64,000 nucleotides of DNA. It comes from Gemmatimonas sp. Its GTDB lineage: Bacteria > Gemmatimonadota > Gemmatimonadetes > Gemmatimonadales > Gemmatimonadaceae. Under the pieces are notes generated by a model, which had not been told where the DNA came from, searched no databases, and worked only from the letters and a program-made list of their open reading frames with translations. The stretch is from contig OZ257156.1 of the NCBI GenBank assembly GCA_965279375.1, positions 1,472,001 to 1,536,000 on the forward strand, written 5' to 3'. Position numbers and translations under genes: made by a program. Positions within the stretch are counted from its first letter, which is position 1; each line of letters starts with the position of its first letter. Shown here piece by piece: positions 1 to 10,569 of the stretch.

Positions 1-1
1 C

Positions 2-1090
2 GATCCGAATCGCCCGATGCGTTCGCTCTCCGTCGCGGAGCAGCAGCTCGTGCAGATCGCTGCAGCTGTTGGACAGGGCGCGCAAGTCATCATCTTCGAT
101 GAGCCGACCAGTAGCCTGGGTGACGCCGAAGCGGCGCGACTGTTTGCATTGATGCGTTCATTGCGGGCGCGCGGTGTGACGCAGTTGTACGTGTCGCATC
201 GCATGGGTGAGATCTTCGACCTTTGCGATACCATCTCAGTACTTCGCGATGGGCAGCACGTGGTCACACAGGCCACGAGCACCTTCACCGAGACATCGCT
301 GGTGCAGCAGATGATCGGACGCGAACTGGGTGACTACCTCGCGTCGTCCGCACCGACAGCGACTGGCAGCGACGCACTGCGCGTGGAGCGTTTCACGTCA
401 CCAGGGAATTTCCGGGACATCACCTTCTCCGTGCGCGCGGGCGAAGTGGTGGGGCTCGCGGGACTGATGGGCGCCGGACGGTCTGAAGTGGCGCGCGCGA
501 TCTTCGGATTGGATCCGCAGGTGACGGGCAAGTTGTTCGTGCGTGGTGCACCGGCGGAGATTCGCACACCGCGCGATGCGATGCGCTATGGCATTGGCTT
601 CGTGCCGGAAGATCGCAAGCATCAGGGGCTCGTGCTGGGGATGCGCACGCGCGAGAACGCGACGTTGCCAACGCTCCGTCGTTTTGCTTCGACGGGGTGG
701 ATCAGTCGCCGCGCAGAGACGACAGCCGTGAGCACGAGCTTTTCACGTGTATCGCTGCGCTCCGGCACGGAAGCGATCACTGCGTCGCTCTCCGGCGGCA
801 ATCAGCAGAAGGTCGTGCTCTCCAAGTGGCTCACCGCGGCCAGCGATCTGCTCATTCTCGATGAGCCCACGCGCGGCGTGGACGTGGGCGCCAAGGCGGA
901 GCTACATCAGTGGATTCATCAGCGCGCGTCCGAGGGTGCGGCCATTCTGCTCATCTCGAGCGAGCTGCCCGAGCTGCTGGCGCTCTCGACGCGAATTCTC
1001 GTGCTGCGCGAAGGGCAGCTGCGTGGTGAGCTCAGTCGCGCTGAGGCCACGCAGGCCGCGCTACTTCGGCTGATGGCGGGGCTTTCCTAG
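2..1090 (+). CDS. Sugar ABC transporter ATP-binding protein (RbsA/AraG/MglA type), 5'-truncated
   Basis: Two NBD halves: [45 protein letters not shown]. Frame is open to the window edge. Confidence 0.92.
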   Translation, partial: DPNRPMRSLSVAEQQLVQIAAAVGQGAQVIIFDEPTSSLGDAEAARLFALMRSLRARGVTQLYVSHRMGEIFDLCDTISVLRDGQHVVTQATSTFTETSLVQQMIGRELGDYLASSAPTATGSDALRVERFTSPGNFRDITFSVRAGEVVGLAGLMGAGRSEVARAIFGLDPQVTGKLFVRGAPAEIRTPRDAMRYGIGFVPEDRKHQGLVLGMRTRENATLPTLRRFASTGWISRRAETTAVSTSFSRVSLRSGTEAITASLSGGNQQKVVLSKWLTAASDLLILDEPTRGVDVGAKAELHQWIHQRASEGAAILLISSELPELLALSTRILVLREGQLRGELSRAEATQAALLRLMAGLS

Positions 1091-1097
1091 TCCGCAG

Positions 1098-3590
1098 TCA
1101 GCGCCGAACCGTTCGCAATGCGTACGTGGGCACGATGCGTCCCGCGCCGATTGCCTGCACGCGCACCGTGAGCTTGTCCTTGCCGGTGGTGAGCGTTTGC
1201 GGGATGTCGAACGTGGCATCGTAGAACCCCGAGCCGTTCACGTTGGGCGTGTAGCGACCAACGCTCGTGCCATCCACGAGATACTCGAACTGCCCGAGCT
1301 GCGCGGGAAGTCCCGGCTCCACGAAGTGCGTGACGACGAGTGACATCGGCGCACTGGCGTCAGCGGCCAGCTCGTAGGAGAACCAGCCCGTGCCGGCGCG
1401 ATTGGTTCGGCGTTCGGTTCGGCCGGCCGCACGATCGGCCGGCTCGCTCTGGTAATTGCGCTCCTTTTCCGATACCGGATCTCCCACCTGCACGAGCCCG
1501 ACGGTGCGGGCAGCCAACAGCTTCGCCATTTCACGCTCGATCGCGACCGCGGCCACGTGCGTTTCGAACTGCGATGGCGTGAGCAGATCGAAGTAGAGCG
1601 AGTACCGCTTGCGATGCGTGCGGTAGAACGGCGTGAGTGACACATCGCCTGCTGCGGCCTTGTCGCTCATGCGCCGAGTGACGCCGGTGATGTGAAAGTC
1701 GCCGGGCTGTGCGGCAGGCTTCACAAAGTCGGTCAGGTTGCGCGATGTGGTGACGAGCACCGGCACTTCGGTGCGCGGCGTGGTCAGCGCATTCTCCGGT
1801 GTGCGACCGATTCGCGAGCCGACTTCGCCGGCGAGCGCGAGCGGCCCCCACATGATCGCCGTAACGGACGCGTTGTCGGGCGTTGGTTCGAGGCGCAACG
1901 ACTTGGGGAGCGTGATGGTCACCGTGTCGCCCGTCTGCCACTCGCGCGTGATGTTCACGTAGCTGCTGCTGGCCAACTCCGATTCGTTGCCGATGCCACC
2001 GGCGCGGCCACCTGCTACGGGATCGTTCAGTGAGGCGATAGGCGGCTGCGGCAACGCGGTGCCGTTGACCGCAATCGCGAATCCGTCACCTGCCCACAAC
2101 GGACGACGCACCGACAGCGTGAACGACTTCGCGCGTGGCAGCGACACTCGAATCGTCGCCGCATCGCCATCGGGGAAACTCGACTCCATCGTGAACTGCG
2201 CGTTGACGATTCTCGTCGTTGCCGTGGACGGCACGAACAGGTTCACCCAGACCGTCGGCGCGGCGGCATCGGTGGATTCGTACCACACGCCCAGTCCGTG
2301 CAACGCATGACTCTCCATGCCGCTCCCCACGCAGCAGGTGAAGTCGCGCTGCATATCCTGGTACTCCTGCTGCTCGCTACGCCCAACGGGAACCATGTAC
2401 GAGGTGCGACCGTCGGCCGGATCGATCGACGCGAGGATGTGATTGAAGAGCGCGCGTTCATGGAAATCGGCGTAGGCGGCGTCCGGGCGAATGCCAAAGA
2501 GCCGACGCGACAGTTTGAGCATGTTGTAGACGTTGCACGTCTCCGCAGCTCGACCATCCACGCGCGGGCTGAGCACATCGGGCGCACCGAAGTACTCGTT
2601 CAGTCCGTGGCCGCCGCTCGCGTAGCTGTGGTGTCGCACCACGCGATCGTAGAAGAACGAGGCGGCCGTGAGATCGTCAGGATCGCCCGTCAGTTCGTAG
2701 CGCGCCGCGGAGCCGATCAGCTTGGGAATCTGACAGTTGCCATGCTTCCCAGAGAGATTGTCCTGGTGTCGCTTGAGCGGCAGCGTGAACGCCTGATGTT
2801 CGAAGCGTCGGGAGAGCGCGAGCCAGCGCTCGTCACCCGTGTCGGCCGCGAGGTCGACGAAGATCTCGTTCATGCCGCCGTGCTCCGTTTGCAGCATCGA
2901 CTGCATCTGCGCTTCGGTGAGCGGCGCGACCACACGTTCCGCCCATGCCGCGAACTTCGTTTCCACCTGCAGCGCGAGTGCGTTGCCTGTGTAGCGATGC
3001 GCATCACGCAGTCCCGCGAACGTCTTGTGCAGCGTGTACCACGGTGACCACAGGCCGTTCAGATCGAAGCCGCCCGACTTGATCTCTCCTTTGGAGACTT
3101 TGGCAAACGCCTCGCGCAAACCTTCCAGCGCGCCGGCGTAGCCATCGCCATTCTTGCGCTGCACTTCCTCGAGCTCGCGCACGATGTACGTTGCGCGCTC
3201 CTTGAAGCGCGCATCGCCCGTGGCCTGATACATGTACGACACGCCGGACAGATAGTGACCGGCGATGTGTCCCGTGAGATTGCGACCGCCACCGTCCCAG
3301 CCGGTGTAGCCGTCCGCCTTCTTGGATAGCCCGGCGCGTTCGCGATAGAACGCGAGCATGCGATCAGGCTCCAGTGTCAGCAGGTACGCCGCGGTGATCT
3401 CCTGTGCGTGCTTGAGCGGACCACCGTTCAGTCGCACGCGGTCGAGCGGCACGGGCACGGCGCGCAGGCGCGTGGGCTTCTCGCGCGCAGCTGCGGGCGG
3501 TGCAGCGTCGGCGTGTCGCAGCACTGGCTGCAGCGTGACGGCGGCCGTCGTGGCCGCTGTCGACTTGAGGAAGGTGCGGCGAGAAGTCAT
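1098..3590 (-). CDS. Beta-L-arabinofuranosidase, GH127/GH146 (DUF1680) family, Tat-exported
   Basis: Tat signal SRRTFLK; GHIAGHYLS, EHGGMNE, ETCNVYNMLK, FTCCVGSGMESH motifs; C-terminal beta-sandwich. Confidence 0.88.
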   Translation of the reverse strand: MTSRRTFLKSTAATTAAVTLQPVLRHADAAPPAAAREKPTRLRAVPVPLDRVRLNGGPLKHAQEITAAYLLTLEPDRMLAFYRERAGLSKKADGYTGWDGGGRNLTGHIAGHYLSGVSYMYQATGDARFKERATYIVRELEEVQRKNGDGYAGALEGLREAFAKVSKGEIKSGGFDLNGLWSPWYTLHKTFAGLRDAHRYTGNALALQVETKFAAWAERVVAPLTEAQMQSMLQTEHGGMNEIFVDLAADTGDERWLALSRRFEHQAFTLPLKRHQDNLSGKHGNCQIPKLIGSAARYELTGDPDDLTAASFFYDRVVRHHSYASGGHGLNEYFGAPDVLSPRVDGRAAETCNVYNMLKLSRRLFGIRPDAAYADFHERALFNHILASIDPADGRTSYMVPVGRSEQQEYQDMQRDFTCCVGSGMESHALHGLGVWYESTDAAAPTVWVNLFVPSTATTRIVNAQFTMESSFPDGDAATIRVSLPRAKSFTLSVRRPLWAGDGFAIAVNGTALPQPPIASLNDPVAGGRAGGIGNESELASSSYVNITREWQTGDTVTITLPKSLRLEPTPDNASVTAIMWGPLALAGEVGSRIGRTPENALTTPRTEVPVLVTTSRNLTDFVKPAAQPGDFHITGVTRRMSDKAAAGDVSLTPFYRTHRKRYSLYFDLLTPSQFETHVAAVAIEREMAKLLAARTVGLVQVGDPVSEKERNYQSEPADRAAGRTERRTNRAGTGWFSYELAADASAPMSLVVTHFVEPGLPAQLGQFEYLVDGTSVGRYTPNVNGSGFYDATFDIPQTLTTGKDKLTVRVQAIGAGRIVPTYALRTVRR

Positions 3591-3651
3591 GGCGCGGGCG
3601 GGTCAGGTGTCGAATGGACAGCTGGCCGGAATGTACAGCCCGAAAGTTGTC

Positions 3652-4200
3652 TCAGCGATGCATGCGGTACTCGTGCCGGAACGCGAAGTCGCTTCCGGCA
3701 AACCGCGTCTCCTTGAGGATGCGCAGCGAGTCGGCCGAAAGCGTGATCGTTTCGCGGATGGTGGCGGGCTTGTTGTCGTCCATGCCTTCGCCCTGCAGCA
3801 CAATGGCAATGCGGCCAGCCGTCGCTGCGCCCACGGCGTCACTAACCACGTACTGCTGCGCCGCCGACTTGAGACCACCCCACGCGATGGTGCTCACCGT
3901 CGCATTGGCCACAAATCGATCGTCATCCTCGACGATCTTCCCCGGGCCGTCATCGTACACGTAATGCATCAGCAGCGCGCTCGAATCAGGCGCGAGAGTG
4001 ATAGCAAGCTTGGTCGGGAGCGTGACTCGCCGCTTGGGATTGCTGTAATCCTTGTACTCGAGCGCACCGGTCCAGCTGCCGGCCATGGCTGCGTACAAGG
4101 CCGCGCGAGTCGGGCGTGCAGCGCGCGTGGGAGACAGCGCGAGCAACGGCGCGCCGAGTAGTGCGGCGAGGGAGGCAGCGATGAGGAAGCGACGGCGCAT
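3652..4200 (-). CDS. Hypothetical secreted beta-rich protein
   Basis: Signal peptide MRRRFLIAASLAALLG; GSWTGALEYKDY N-terminal motif; start set at ATG 4200. Confidence 0.65.
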   Translation of the reverse strand: MRRRFLIAASLAALLGAPLLALSPTRAARPTRAALYAAMAGSWTGALEYKDYSNPKRRVTLPTKLAITLAPDSSALLMHYVYDDGPGKIVEDDDRFVANATVSTIAWGGLKSAAQQYVVSDAVGAATAGRIAIVLQGEGMDDNKPATIRETITLSADSLRILKETRFAGSDFAFRHEYRMHR

Positions 4201-4238
4201 GGTCGATGGGCTGGAGGAATCCGAGGGGAGTGCAGCGA

Positions 4239-4886
4239 TCACGTATTCGTTCGCCGTCGGTCGTCGCTCGGATGCAGCGGCCAGGCCGACATCGCCGTTG
4301 ACGCGATGCGCAACAGCTTTTCCCGCGGCGCTCCATCACGAGCGAGCGTGGACATCCCCTGGATCACCGCCATGACGTGAGCGGCCATGGCGTCGCCGTC
4401 GCAGGCTGCGGGAAGCTCCCCCGCCCGCACTGAGTGCTCGATCTTCGCGGCCAACTGCCCCTCGATATCGCGCCGAATCGACGCGAGCTCACGTTGCACG
4501 TCGGCAGCCTCGGCAGAGCAGCTGATGGCCGCACTGGCCAGAAGACAGCCCTGGGGCGTTTGCTCCCCGGTGAATCCGATGGCCGAGGCCTCCAGGAGTC
4601 GGGCCGCGGCCGCCCGCGCGTCAGGCGCGTCGGCGATGATCGATGTCGAGGTCACCGGCCCCGACACGTAGCGCGCTACCGCCGCGAGAAACAGCCGCCG
4701 TTTGTCGCCAAAGGCCGCGTACAGACTCGGAGGCGTAACCCCAAGTGCGGTCGTGAGTTCACTCACCGACGTGGACTCATAGCCATGCCGCCAGAAGAGC
4801 AGCATTGCCTGCTGGAGCGCCGCCTCGCGGTCAAAAGACAGCGGGCGTCCCTTCTTGCGTTTCTGTGCCGGAGCCGTGGTTTCCAT
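4239..4886 (-). CDS. TetR/AcrR family transcriptional regulator (ComR/NemR-like)
   Basis: GRPLSFDRE...FWRHGYESTSVSELT...PSLYAAFGDK HTH; GCLL in C-domain; divergent from the aldo/keto reductase. Confidence 0.92.
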   Translation of the reverse strand: METTAPAQKRKKGRPLSFDREAALQQAMLLFWRHGYESTSVSELTTALGVTPPSLYAAFGDKRRLFLAAVARYVSGPVTSTSIIADAPDARAAAARLLEASAIGFTGEQTPQGCLLASAAISCSAEAADVQRELASIRRDIEGQLAAKIEHSVRAGELPAACDGDAMAAHVMAVIQGMSTLARDGAPREKLLRIASTAMSAWPLHPSDDRRRTNT

Positions 4887-4958
4887 ATTGACCACTATGA
4901 AACACTTGACTCTCGGAGGCAAGGCGAGACATTGCATTTCGTAGTAAACGCTACACAA
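4881..4958. promoter_or_regulatory. Two imperfect palindromic TetR operators (consensus TTTCRTAG-N6-CTAYGAAA)
   Basis: ttccatat-tgacca-ctatgaaa (4881-4902) and tttcgtag-taaacg-ctacacaa (4937-4958) in an AT-rich divergent intergenic region. Confidence 0.6.
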
Positions 4959-4976
4959 ACACAATTCCGCCCCCTC

Positions 4977-6089
4977 ATGACGCTCACGAACTATCGCACC
5001 CTCGGCAAATCCGGCCTCGTTGTCAGCCCGCTCGCCCTCGGCACCATGACCTTCGGCACGGCACGCTGGGGATCGGACGACCAGACCTCGCGCGCCGTGT
5101 TCGACGCCTACGTCGACGCGGGCGGCAACTTCGTCGACACCGCCGATGTGTACTCAGGTGGTCGCAGCGAGGAGCTCCTGGGGAAGTTCATCGTCGAGCG
5201 TGGGCTGCGTGACCGGATCGTGCTGGCAACCAAGGCCGGCTTTGCCGCAGGGCGCGGTGTCCACCTTGGCGGGAATGGCGCGAAGCACATCAACGCGGCG
5301 CTGGATGCTTCGCTGCTGCGCCTTCGTACCACGTACGTCGATCTGTTCCTCGTTCACGTATGGGACGGCGTCACGCCGGCCGGCGAACTGCTCGAGACGA
5401 TGGCGACGTTGGTGCGTGCAGGAAAAGTCAGATACTGGGGAATGTCGAACGCGCCCGCGTGGTACGTCGCGACGCTGTCGACACTCGCCCGGACACGTGG
5501 CATGCCGGGGCCGATCGTGCTCCAGTACTTCTACTCGCTCGTCAATCGCGACATCGACGCCGAGCATGTGCCGTTGGCCGCGGATGCGGGCATGGGCATC
5601 ATGCCGTGGAGTCCGCTCGCGTACGGCCTGCTGACGGGAAAATACGATCGCGCGGTGGTCGAAGCCGCAGCGCCACGCGCGTCGGGTTTGCCGCGTGATG
5701 CAGCCCTTACGACGGAGCAGCGTCCGTCAACGGACAAGCGGCTGGATGGTGCAAATCCGTTCGGAGATTCTCTCTTCACCGAGCGAAACTGGCGCATCGT
5801 GGATGTTCTGCGCGAGGTTGCTGGAGAGGCCGAGCAGAGCATGGCGCGCGTGGCGCTTCAATGGGTGGTGCAGCGCCGCGGAGTAGCGTCCACGCTGATC
5901 GGAGTCAGTCGCGTGTCGCAGTTGATCGAGAACATCGCGGCTCTGAATGTCGTCCTTTCGCCAACACAGCAACGCGCGCTCGACGATGCGAGTGCCTCGG
6001 ACCGAGGAATGATCTACAGCCTCTTTGACGCGCCAGTGCGCCAGCATGTCGTGTTCGGCGGACAGCCGGTGCGAGCGTGGAACGAGTGA
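4977..6089 (+). CDS. Aldo/keto reductase
   Basis: YRTLGKSGLVVSPLALGTMTFG, FVDTADVYSGG, LATK, YWGMSN, PWSPLAYG. Confidence 0.93.
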   Translation: MTLTNYRTLGKSGLVVSPLALGTMTFGTARWGSDDQTSRAVFDAYVDAGGNFVDTADVYSGGRSEELLGKFIVERGLRDRIVLATKAGFAAGRGVHLGGNGAKHINAALDASLLRLRTTYVDLFLVHVWDGVTPAGELLETMATLVRAGKVRYWGMSNAPAWYVATLSTLARTRGMPGPIVLQYFYSLVNRDIDAEHVPLAADAGMGIMPWSPLAYGLLTGKYDRAVVEAAAPRASGLPRDAALTTEQRPSTDKRLDGANPFGDSLFTERNWRIVDVLREVAGEAEQSMARVALQWVVQRRGVASTLIGVSRVSQLIENIAALNVVLSPTQQRALDDASASDRGMIYSLFDAPVRQHVVFGGQPVRAWNE

Positions 6090-6165
6090 TTGCATCGACG
6101 TACGTGACTTGCCGCGCCGTGTAGCAGGACGCAACGTTGCGGAATCCCCTCACTCCGGATTCTTC

Positions 6166-7215
6166 ATGCGTTTCAGTCGCGTTCTCGTTGTTGCCAGCGT
6201 CGTTGGAAGTGCACTTGTCGCCTGCTCGACGCCGGAGGTCGCGACGAAAACGCCCGCGGCTGCTGCTTCCTACTTCGACACCACCGGTCGCACGGACATC
6301 AACTCCGGCGGCGTGCGTCGCATCCCCATCACTACGCCCAAGGGCAACTTCACCGTCTGGACAAAGCGCGTGGGCAACAATCCCACCATAAAGGTGCTGT
6401 TCCTGCACGGCGGTCCGGGCGTAACGCACGAGTACTTCGAGGTGGCGGACTCGTATTTCCCGGGTGCGAGCGTCGAGTACTACTACTACGACCAGCTGGG
6501 TTCCTTCTACAGCGATCAGCCGAAGGACTCGTCGCTCTGGAATCTCCCGCGCTTTGTCGAAGAAGTGGAGCAGGTGCGCATCGCGCTTGGACTCGACAGC
6601 ACGAATTTCTTCCTCATGGGATCGTCATGGGGCGGTATTCTCGGCATCGAGTACGCACTCAAGTATCAGCAGAACCTCAAGGGGCTCATCATCTCCAACA
6701 TGATGGCGAGCATCCCGGCGTACAACGAGTACGCCACCAAGACGCTGATGCCGGCGATGGATCCCAAGGTACTCGCCGAAGTACAGGCCCTCGAAGCGAA
6801 GAAGGACTACGCGAATCCGCGGTACATGGAATTGCTGGTGCCGAACCACTACGAGCAGCACGTGCTGCGCAAGCCGCAGGCGGAGTGGCCCGACCCGGTC
6901 ATTCGCGCGTTCGCGCACGTGAACAACGACATCTACATCCCCATGCAGGGGCCGAGCGAGTTGGGCGCGAGTGGAAAGCTGGTGAACTGGGATCGCGTGG
7001 CCGACTTGCCCAAGATCACCGTGCCCACGCTGGTGATTGCGGGCACGTACGACACGATGGACCCGGCACACCTGGAGATGATGTCCAAGTCGGTCAAGCG
7101 CGGTCGCTATTTGTTGTGCCCGAATAGCGGACACCTGGCCATGTACGATGACGGGCCGATCTACTTTGGTGGCGTGATCAAGTTCCTGCGTGACGTAGAC
7201 GGCAAGACGTTCTGA
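6166..7215 (+). CDS. Proline iminopeptidase family (S33) hydrolase, lipoprotein
   Basis: Lipobox LVAC; HGGPG, YDQLGS, GSSWGG nucleophile elbow, C-terminal SGH. Confidence 0.9.
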   Translation: MRFSRVLVVASVVGSALVACSTPEVATKTPAAAASYFDTTGRTDINSGGVRRIPITTPKGNFTVWTKRVGNNPTIKVLFLHGGPGVTHEYFEVADSYFPGASVEYYYYDQLGSFYSDQPKDSSLWNLPRFVEEVEQVRIALGLDSTNFFLMGSSWGGILGIEYALKYQQNLKGLIISNMMASIPAYNEYATKTLMPAMDPKVLAEVQALEAKKDYANPRYMELLVPNHYEQHVLRKPQAEWPDPVIRAFAHVNNDIYIPMQGPSELGASGKLVNWDRVADLPKITVPTLVIAGTYDTMDPAHLEMMSKSVKRGRYLLCPNSGHLAMYDDGPIYFGGVIKFLRDVDGKTF

Positions 7216-7241
7216 TCATTCTCTCACCGAAAGGTTCGCAC

Positions 7242-9236
7242 ATGTCGCGTGCAATGCGCTGTTCCGTCGTAGTTCTTGCACTCTCGGCGGCCGCTTCCGC
7301 GCTGCCGGCGCAAACGCCGCTCACCGTCGGTCGCAGCGTGCGCGGCACGCTCGCGCGCGGAGATACAGCGCGCTACCAGGTCACCGCCGATTCGGCCAGC
7401 ATCCTTCGTGTGAGCGTCGATCAGCTCTCCGCGAATGTACAGCTGCTCGTGCGCGGTCCCAGAGGGAGCGTGCTGCGCGCCGTGAATGCGTCGCCACGCG
7501 GCATGGAACAGTTGCAGCTGGAGATCACGCAGAAGGGCGTGCACCAATTGCAGGTAGTGCCGGTGGATTCGTCCACGGGCGAGTTCGCGATCACGCTCAT
7601 GGCGCGTGAAGCGCTATCGACAGATCCACGCAAGCTCGCCGATCAACTGTTGGCACCATGGGATCGGCGTGATGCACCCGGTGCTGCGGTTGCGGTGTGG
7701 CGTGGTGGCAAGACGCTGTTCGCCAAAGGCTACGGTATGGCCAACCTGGCCTACGACATTCCGTTCACCGCCACCACGCCAACCAACATCGGCTCCACAT
7801 CCAAACAGTTCACTGCATTCGCGGTGATGCTGCTGGTGGACGAGGGCAAGCTGTCGCTCGACGACGATGTGCGAAAGTACATCCCCGAGCTTCCCGATCT
7901 CGGCAAGACGGTCACCGTGCGGAATTTGCTCACGCACACCACCGGCTATCGTGAGATCTACAACGCGCTGCTGCTTGGCGCGCGTCGTTTCGACGAGGGC
8001 GACTTCGTCAGTCGAAATGAGATGATCTCCATCGTGCAGCATCAGCCCGCGTTGCAGAATGTGCCGGGCACCGAGTTCAACTACAACAACACGTCATTCG
8101 CGCTCGCTTCCATGATCGTGGAGCGCGTGTCGAAACAGCCCTTCCCCGAGTTCATGGCCAAGCGCGTCTTCGGCCCGCTCGGCATGACACACACGATGGT
8201 ACGTGCGGACAGACACGCCACGGTTCGTGGAGCGACGGTGGGCTATTCGCGCGCCGACAACGGTGAGTGGCGCGACCTCGGCGATCTTGCGTCGTCGATG
8301 GGCGCTGGCGGCATCTACACCACTCTTGGTGATCTGCAACGCTGGGTGGAGAACTACGCCGCACCGCGCGTTGGCAGCTCCAAGAGCATCGCACAGATGA
8401 TGACGCCCTTCACGCTCGCAAACGGCAAATCCACGGGCTACGGTTTCGGTCTCTTTATCGATACCCAGGGACCTCTCAAGCGCGTGCAGCACGGCGGCGC
8501 AGACGTCTCGCACCGTTCGATGCTCGCGTACTATCCCGAGATCAACGCCGGCGTGACCGTACAGAGCAACGACGGTGCGTTTGCATCGGGAATCGCGTTC
8601 CGCATCGCGGAGGCGTTCTTCCCCGAGCTCAGGCCCAAGGCCACGGCCGCCGTGGCGTTCGATCCGGCGACGTACGATGTGAAGAAGTTCGATCAGTTCG
8701 TCGGACGCTATGCGCTGGATCTCGCGCCGCAGTTCGTCCTGACGTTCAAGCGCTCCGCTGATTCACTGATCGCACAGGCAACGGGGCAGCCGCCCTTCGC
8801 AATCGCGCCCACATCGGATTCGACGTTCGCAATCAAGGTGGTGCAGGCATCGATCACCTTCCATCGCGACGCGCAGGGCAAGGTCACCGGACTGACGCTG
8901 CACCAGAACGGCGATCAGAAGGCCACGCGACTGGCCGGTGAGCCGGAGCAGGCATGGGCGCCCAGTGCCGCGGAACTGGCCTCGTACGCGGGACGCTATT
9001 TCAGCGAGGAGCTGGAGACGTTCTACGAGATCTCGATTAAGGCGGGGAAGCTCACGGTCACCAATCGCCGGCTCGACCCGCTCATCTTCGTTCCGCGCTC
9101 CAAGGAGACGTTTGCCGGAACTGGCGATGCGGCGGAGATCACGTTCGCGTTCGAGCGCGACCGCGGCGGTCAGGTGATCGCGTTGTACGCAGGGAACGGG
9201 CGATCGCGCGACATTCGATTCGCGCGCGTTCGCTAG
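7242..9236 (+). CDS. Serine hydrolase (beta-lactamase/S12 family) with N-terminal PPC-like and C-terminal DUF3471-like domains
   Basis: Signal peptide; SxxK (STSK), LLTHTTG, YxN (YNN), HGG. Confidence 0.88.
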   Translation: MSRAMRCSVVVLALSAAASALPAQTPLTVGRSVRGTLARGDTARYQVTADSASILRVSVDQLSANVQLLVRGPRGSVLRAVNASPRGMEQLQLEITQKGVHQLQVVPVDSSTGEFAITLMAREALSTDPRKLADQLLAPWDRRDAPGAAVAVWRGGKTLFAKGYGMANLAYDIPFTATTPTNIGSTSKQFTAFAVMLLVDEGKLSLDDDVRKYIPELPDLGKTVTVRNLLTHTTGYREIYNALLLGARRFDEGDFVSRNEMISIVQHQPALQNVPGTEFNYNNTSFALASMIVERVSKQPFPEFMAKRVFGPLGMTHTMVRADRHATVRGATVGYSRADNGEWRDLGDLASSMGAGGIYTTLGDLQRWVENYAAPRVGSSKSIAQMMTPFTLANGKSTGYGFGLFIDTQGPLKRVQHGGADVSHRSMLAYYPEINAGVTVQSNDGAFASGIAFRIAEAFFPELRPKATAAVAFDPATYDVKKFDQFVGRYALDLAPQFVLTFKRSADSLIAQATGQPPFAIAPTSDSTFAIKVVQASITFHRDAQGKVTGLTLHQNGDQKATRLAGEPEQAWAPSAAELASYAGRYFSEELETFYEISIKAGKLTVTNRRLDPLIFVPRSKETFAGTGDAAEITFAFERDRGGQVIALYAGNGRSRDIRFARVR

Positions 9237-9754
9237 TGGTCGTACTCGAACCGTATCGCGCCGAGTGGGCCACGTATTTCGCGCAGGAGGCTGACGAAGT
9301 ACGCATCGCACTCGGCGAGGTGCTGCTGGAGCTCCATCACATAGGCAGTACGGCGATTCCAGGTATCGTTGCCAAGCCGATCATCGACATGCTGGCCGTG
9401 GTACTTGATGTCGCGCTGCTCGACCGCCACGCGGCGGCGTTGGTGGCGTTGGGGTACGAGTTCAAGGGCGAGTTCGGCATTCCCGGGCGACGCTACTTTC
9501 GCAAGGACGACGCAACCGGAGTGCGAACGCACCATCTGCATGCGTTCGCCGTTGGGTCCATCGAAGTTGAAAGGCATTTGCGATTTCGTGACTATCTGCG
9601 TGCGCATCCGGCCGATGCGCAGGCCTACGCGTCACTCAAGCGTGAGCTCGCACTACGCTGTGCTGGCGACGGCACCGCCTACACCGATGGCAAATCCGAA
9701 TTCATCGCGAACATCGACCAGAGAGCCACACTGTGGCGAACCACACATGAGTAG
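9236..9754 (+). CDS. GrpB/UPF0157 family nucleotidyltransferase-like protein
   Basis: HIGSTAIPGIVAKPIIDM, RRYFRK, HLRFRDYLR, YTDGKSEFI. Confidence 0.9.
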   Translation: MVVLEPYRAEWATYFAQEADEVRIALGEVLLELHHIGSTAIPGIVAKPIIDMLAVVLDVALLDRHAAALVALGYEFKGEFGIPGRRYFRKDDATGVRTHHLHAFAVGSIEVERHLRFRDYLRAHPADAQAYASLKRELALRCAGDGTAYTDGKSEFIANIDQRATLWRTTHE

Positions 9755-10553
9755 CGCCAACGACGAAACGATTCGCTTCGACAACGGCAGCAACTACGAA
9801 CGCTTCATGGGACAATGGAGTCAGGCGGTCGGCGCGCAGTTTCTCGACTGGTTGTCGTTGCCCGCTTCGCTCCGTTGGCTCGACGTCGGTTGTGGCAACG
9901 GTGCATTCACGGAGTTATGTGTCGCACGTCAGGCACCATCCAGCATCGCGGGCGTCGACCCGTCCGACGATCAGCTGGTGTATGCGCGCATGCGACCGGC
10001 GTTGCGTGCCGCTGATCTACGCCAGGGCGATGCGATGGCCCTGCCCTTCGCTGCCGCGACGTTCGACGTCGCGGTGATGCCGCTGGTCATCTTCTTCGTG
10101 CCGGACCCCGCCAAGGGCGTCGCCGAGATGGTGCGTGTCGTCGCGCCGGGCGGAGATGTCAGCGCGTACGCGTGGGATATGGAAGGTGGCGGCTTTCCGT
10201 ACGCGCAGTTCCACGCACAGATGCGCGAACTCGGGTTGCCGGTACCCATGCCGCCGCATCCCGAAGCGTCACGACTCGATGTGCTGGAGTCGTTGTGGGC
10301 CGCCGCCGGGCTCGAGCAGATCGAAACGTGCGCGATTGAAGTGGAGCGCACGTTCGAGAACTTTGACGACTATTGGAGCACCGTGCGCGCGGGGCCGAGC
10401 GCCGCGCCCGGGCTCAGGGCAGCGGCGTCTGACGTATTGGAGACGCTGCGCGATCGGATGCGTGCGCTGTTTCCGACGGACGAGCACGGACGAATCACGT
10501 ACGCGGCTCGTGCGCACGCCGTGCGCGGATGTGTGCGTCGCTCACCACGATAA
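9747..10553 (+). CDS. Class I SAM-dependent methyltransferase
   Basis: YERFMGQWS, WLDVGCGNG, GDAMALPF; start overlaps the end of the GrpB gene. Confidence 0.9.
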   Translation: MSSANDETIRFDNGSNYERFMGQWSQAVGAQFLDWLSLPASLRWLDVGCGNGAFTELCVARQAPSSIAGVDPSDDQLVYARMRPALRAADLRQGDAMALPFAAATFDVAVMPLVIFFVPDPAKGVAEMVRVVAPGGDVSAYAWDMEGGGFPYAQFHAQMRELGLPVPMPPHPEASRLDVLESLWAAAGLEQIETCAIEVERTFENFDDYWSTVRAGPSAAPGLRAAASDVLETLRDRMRALFPTDEHGRITYAARAHAVRGCVRRSPR

Positions 10554-10569
10554 CGACACCGGCGCACGT

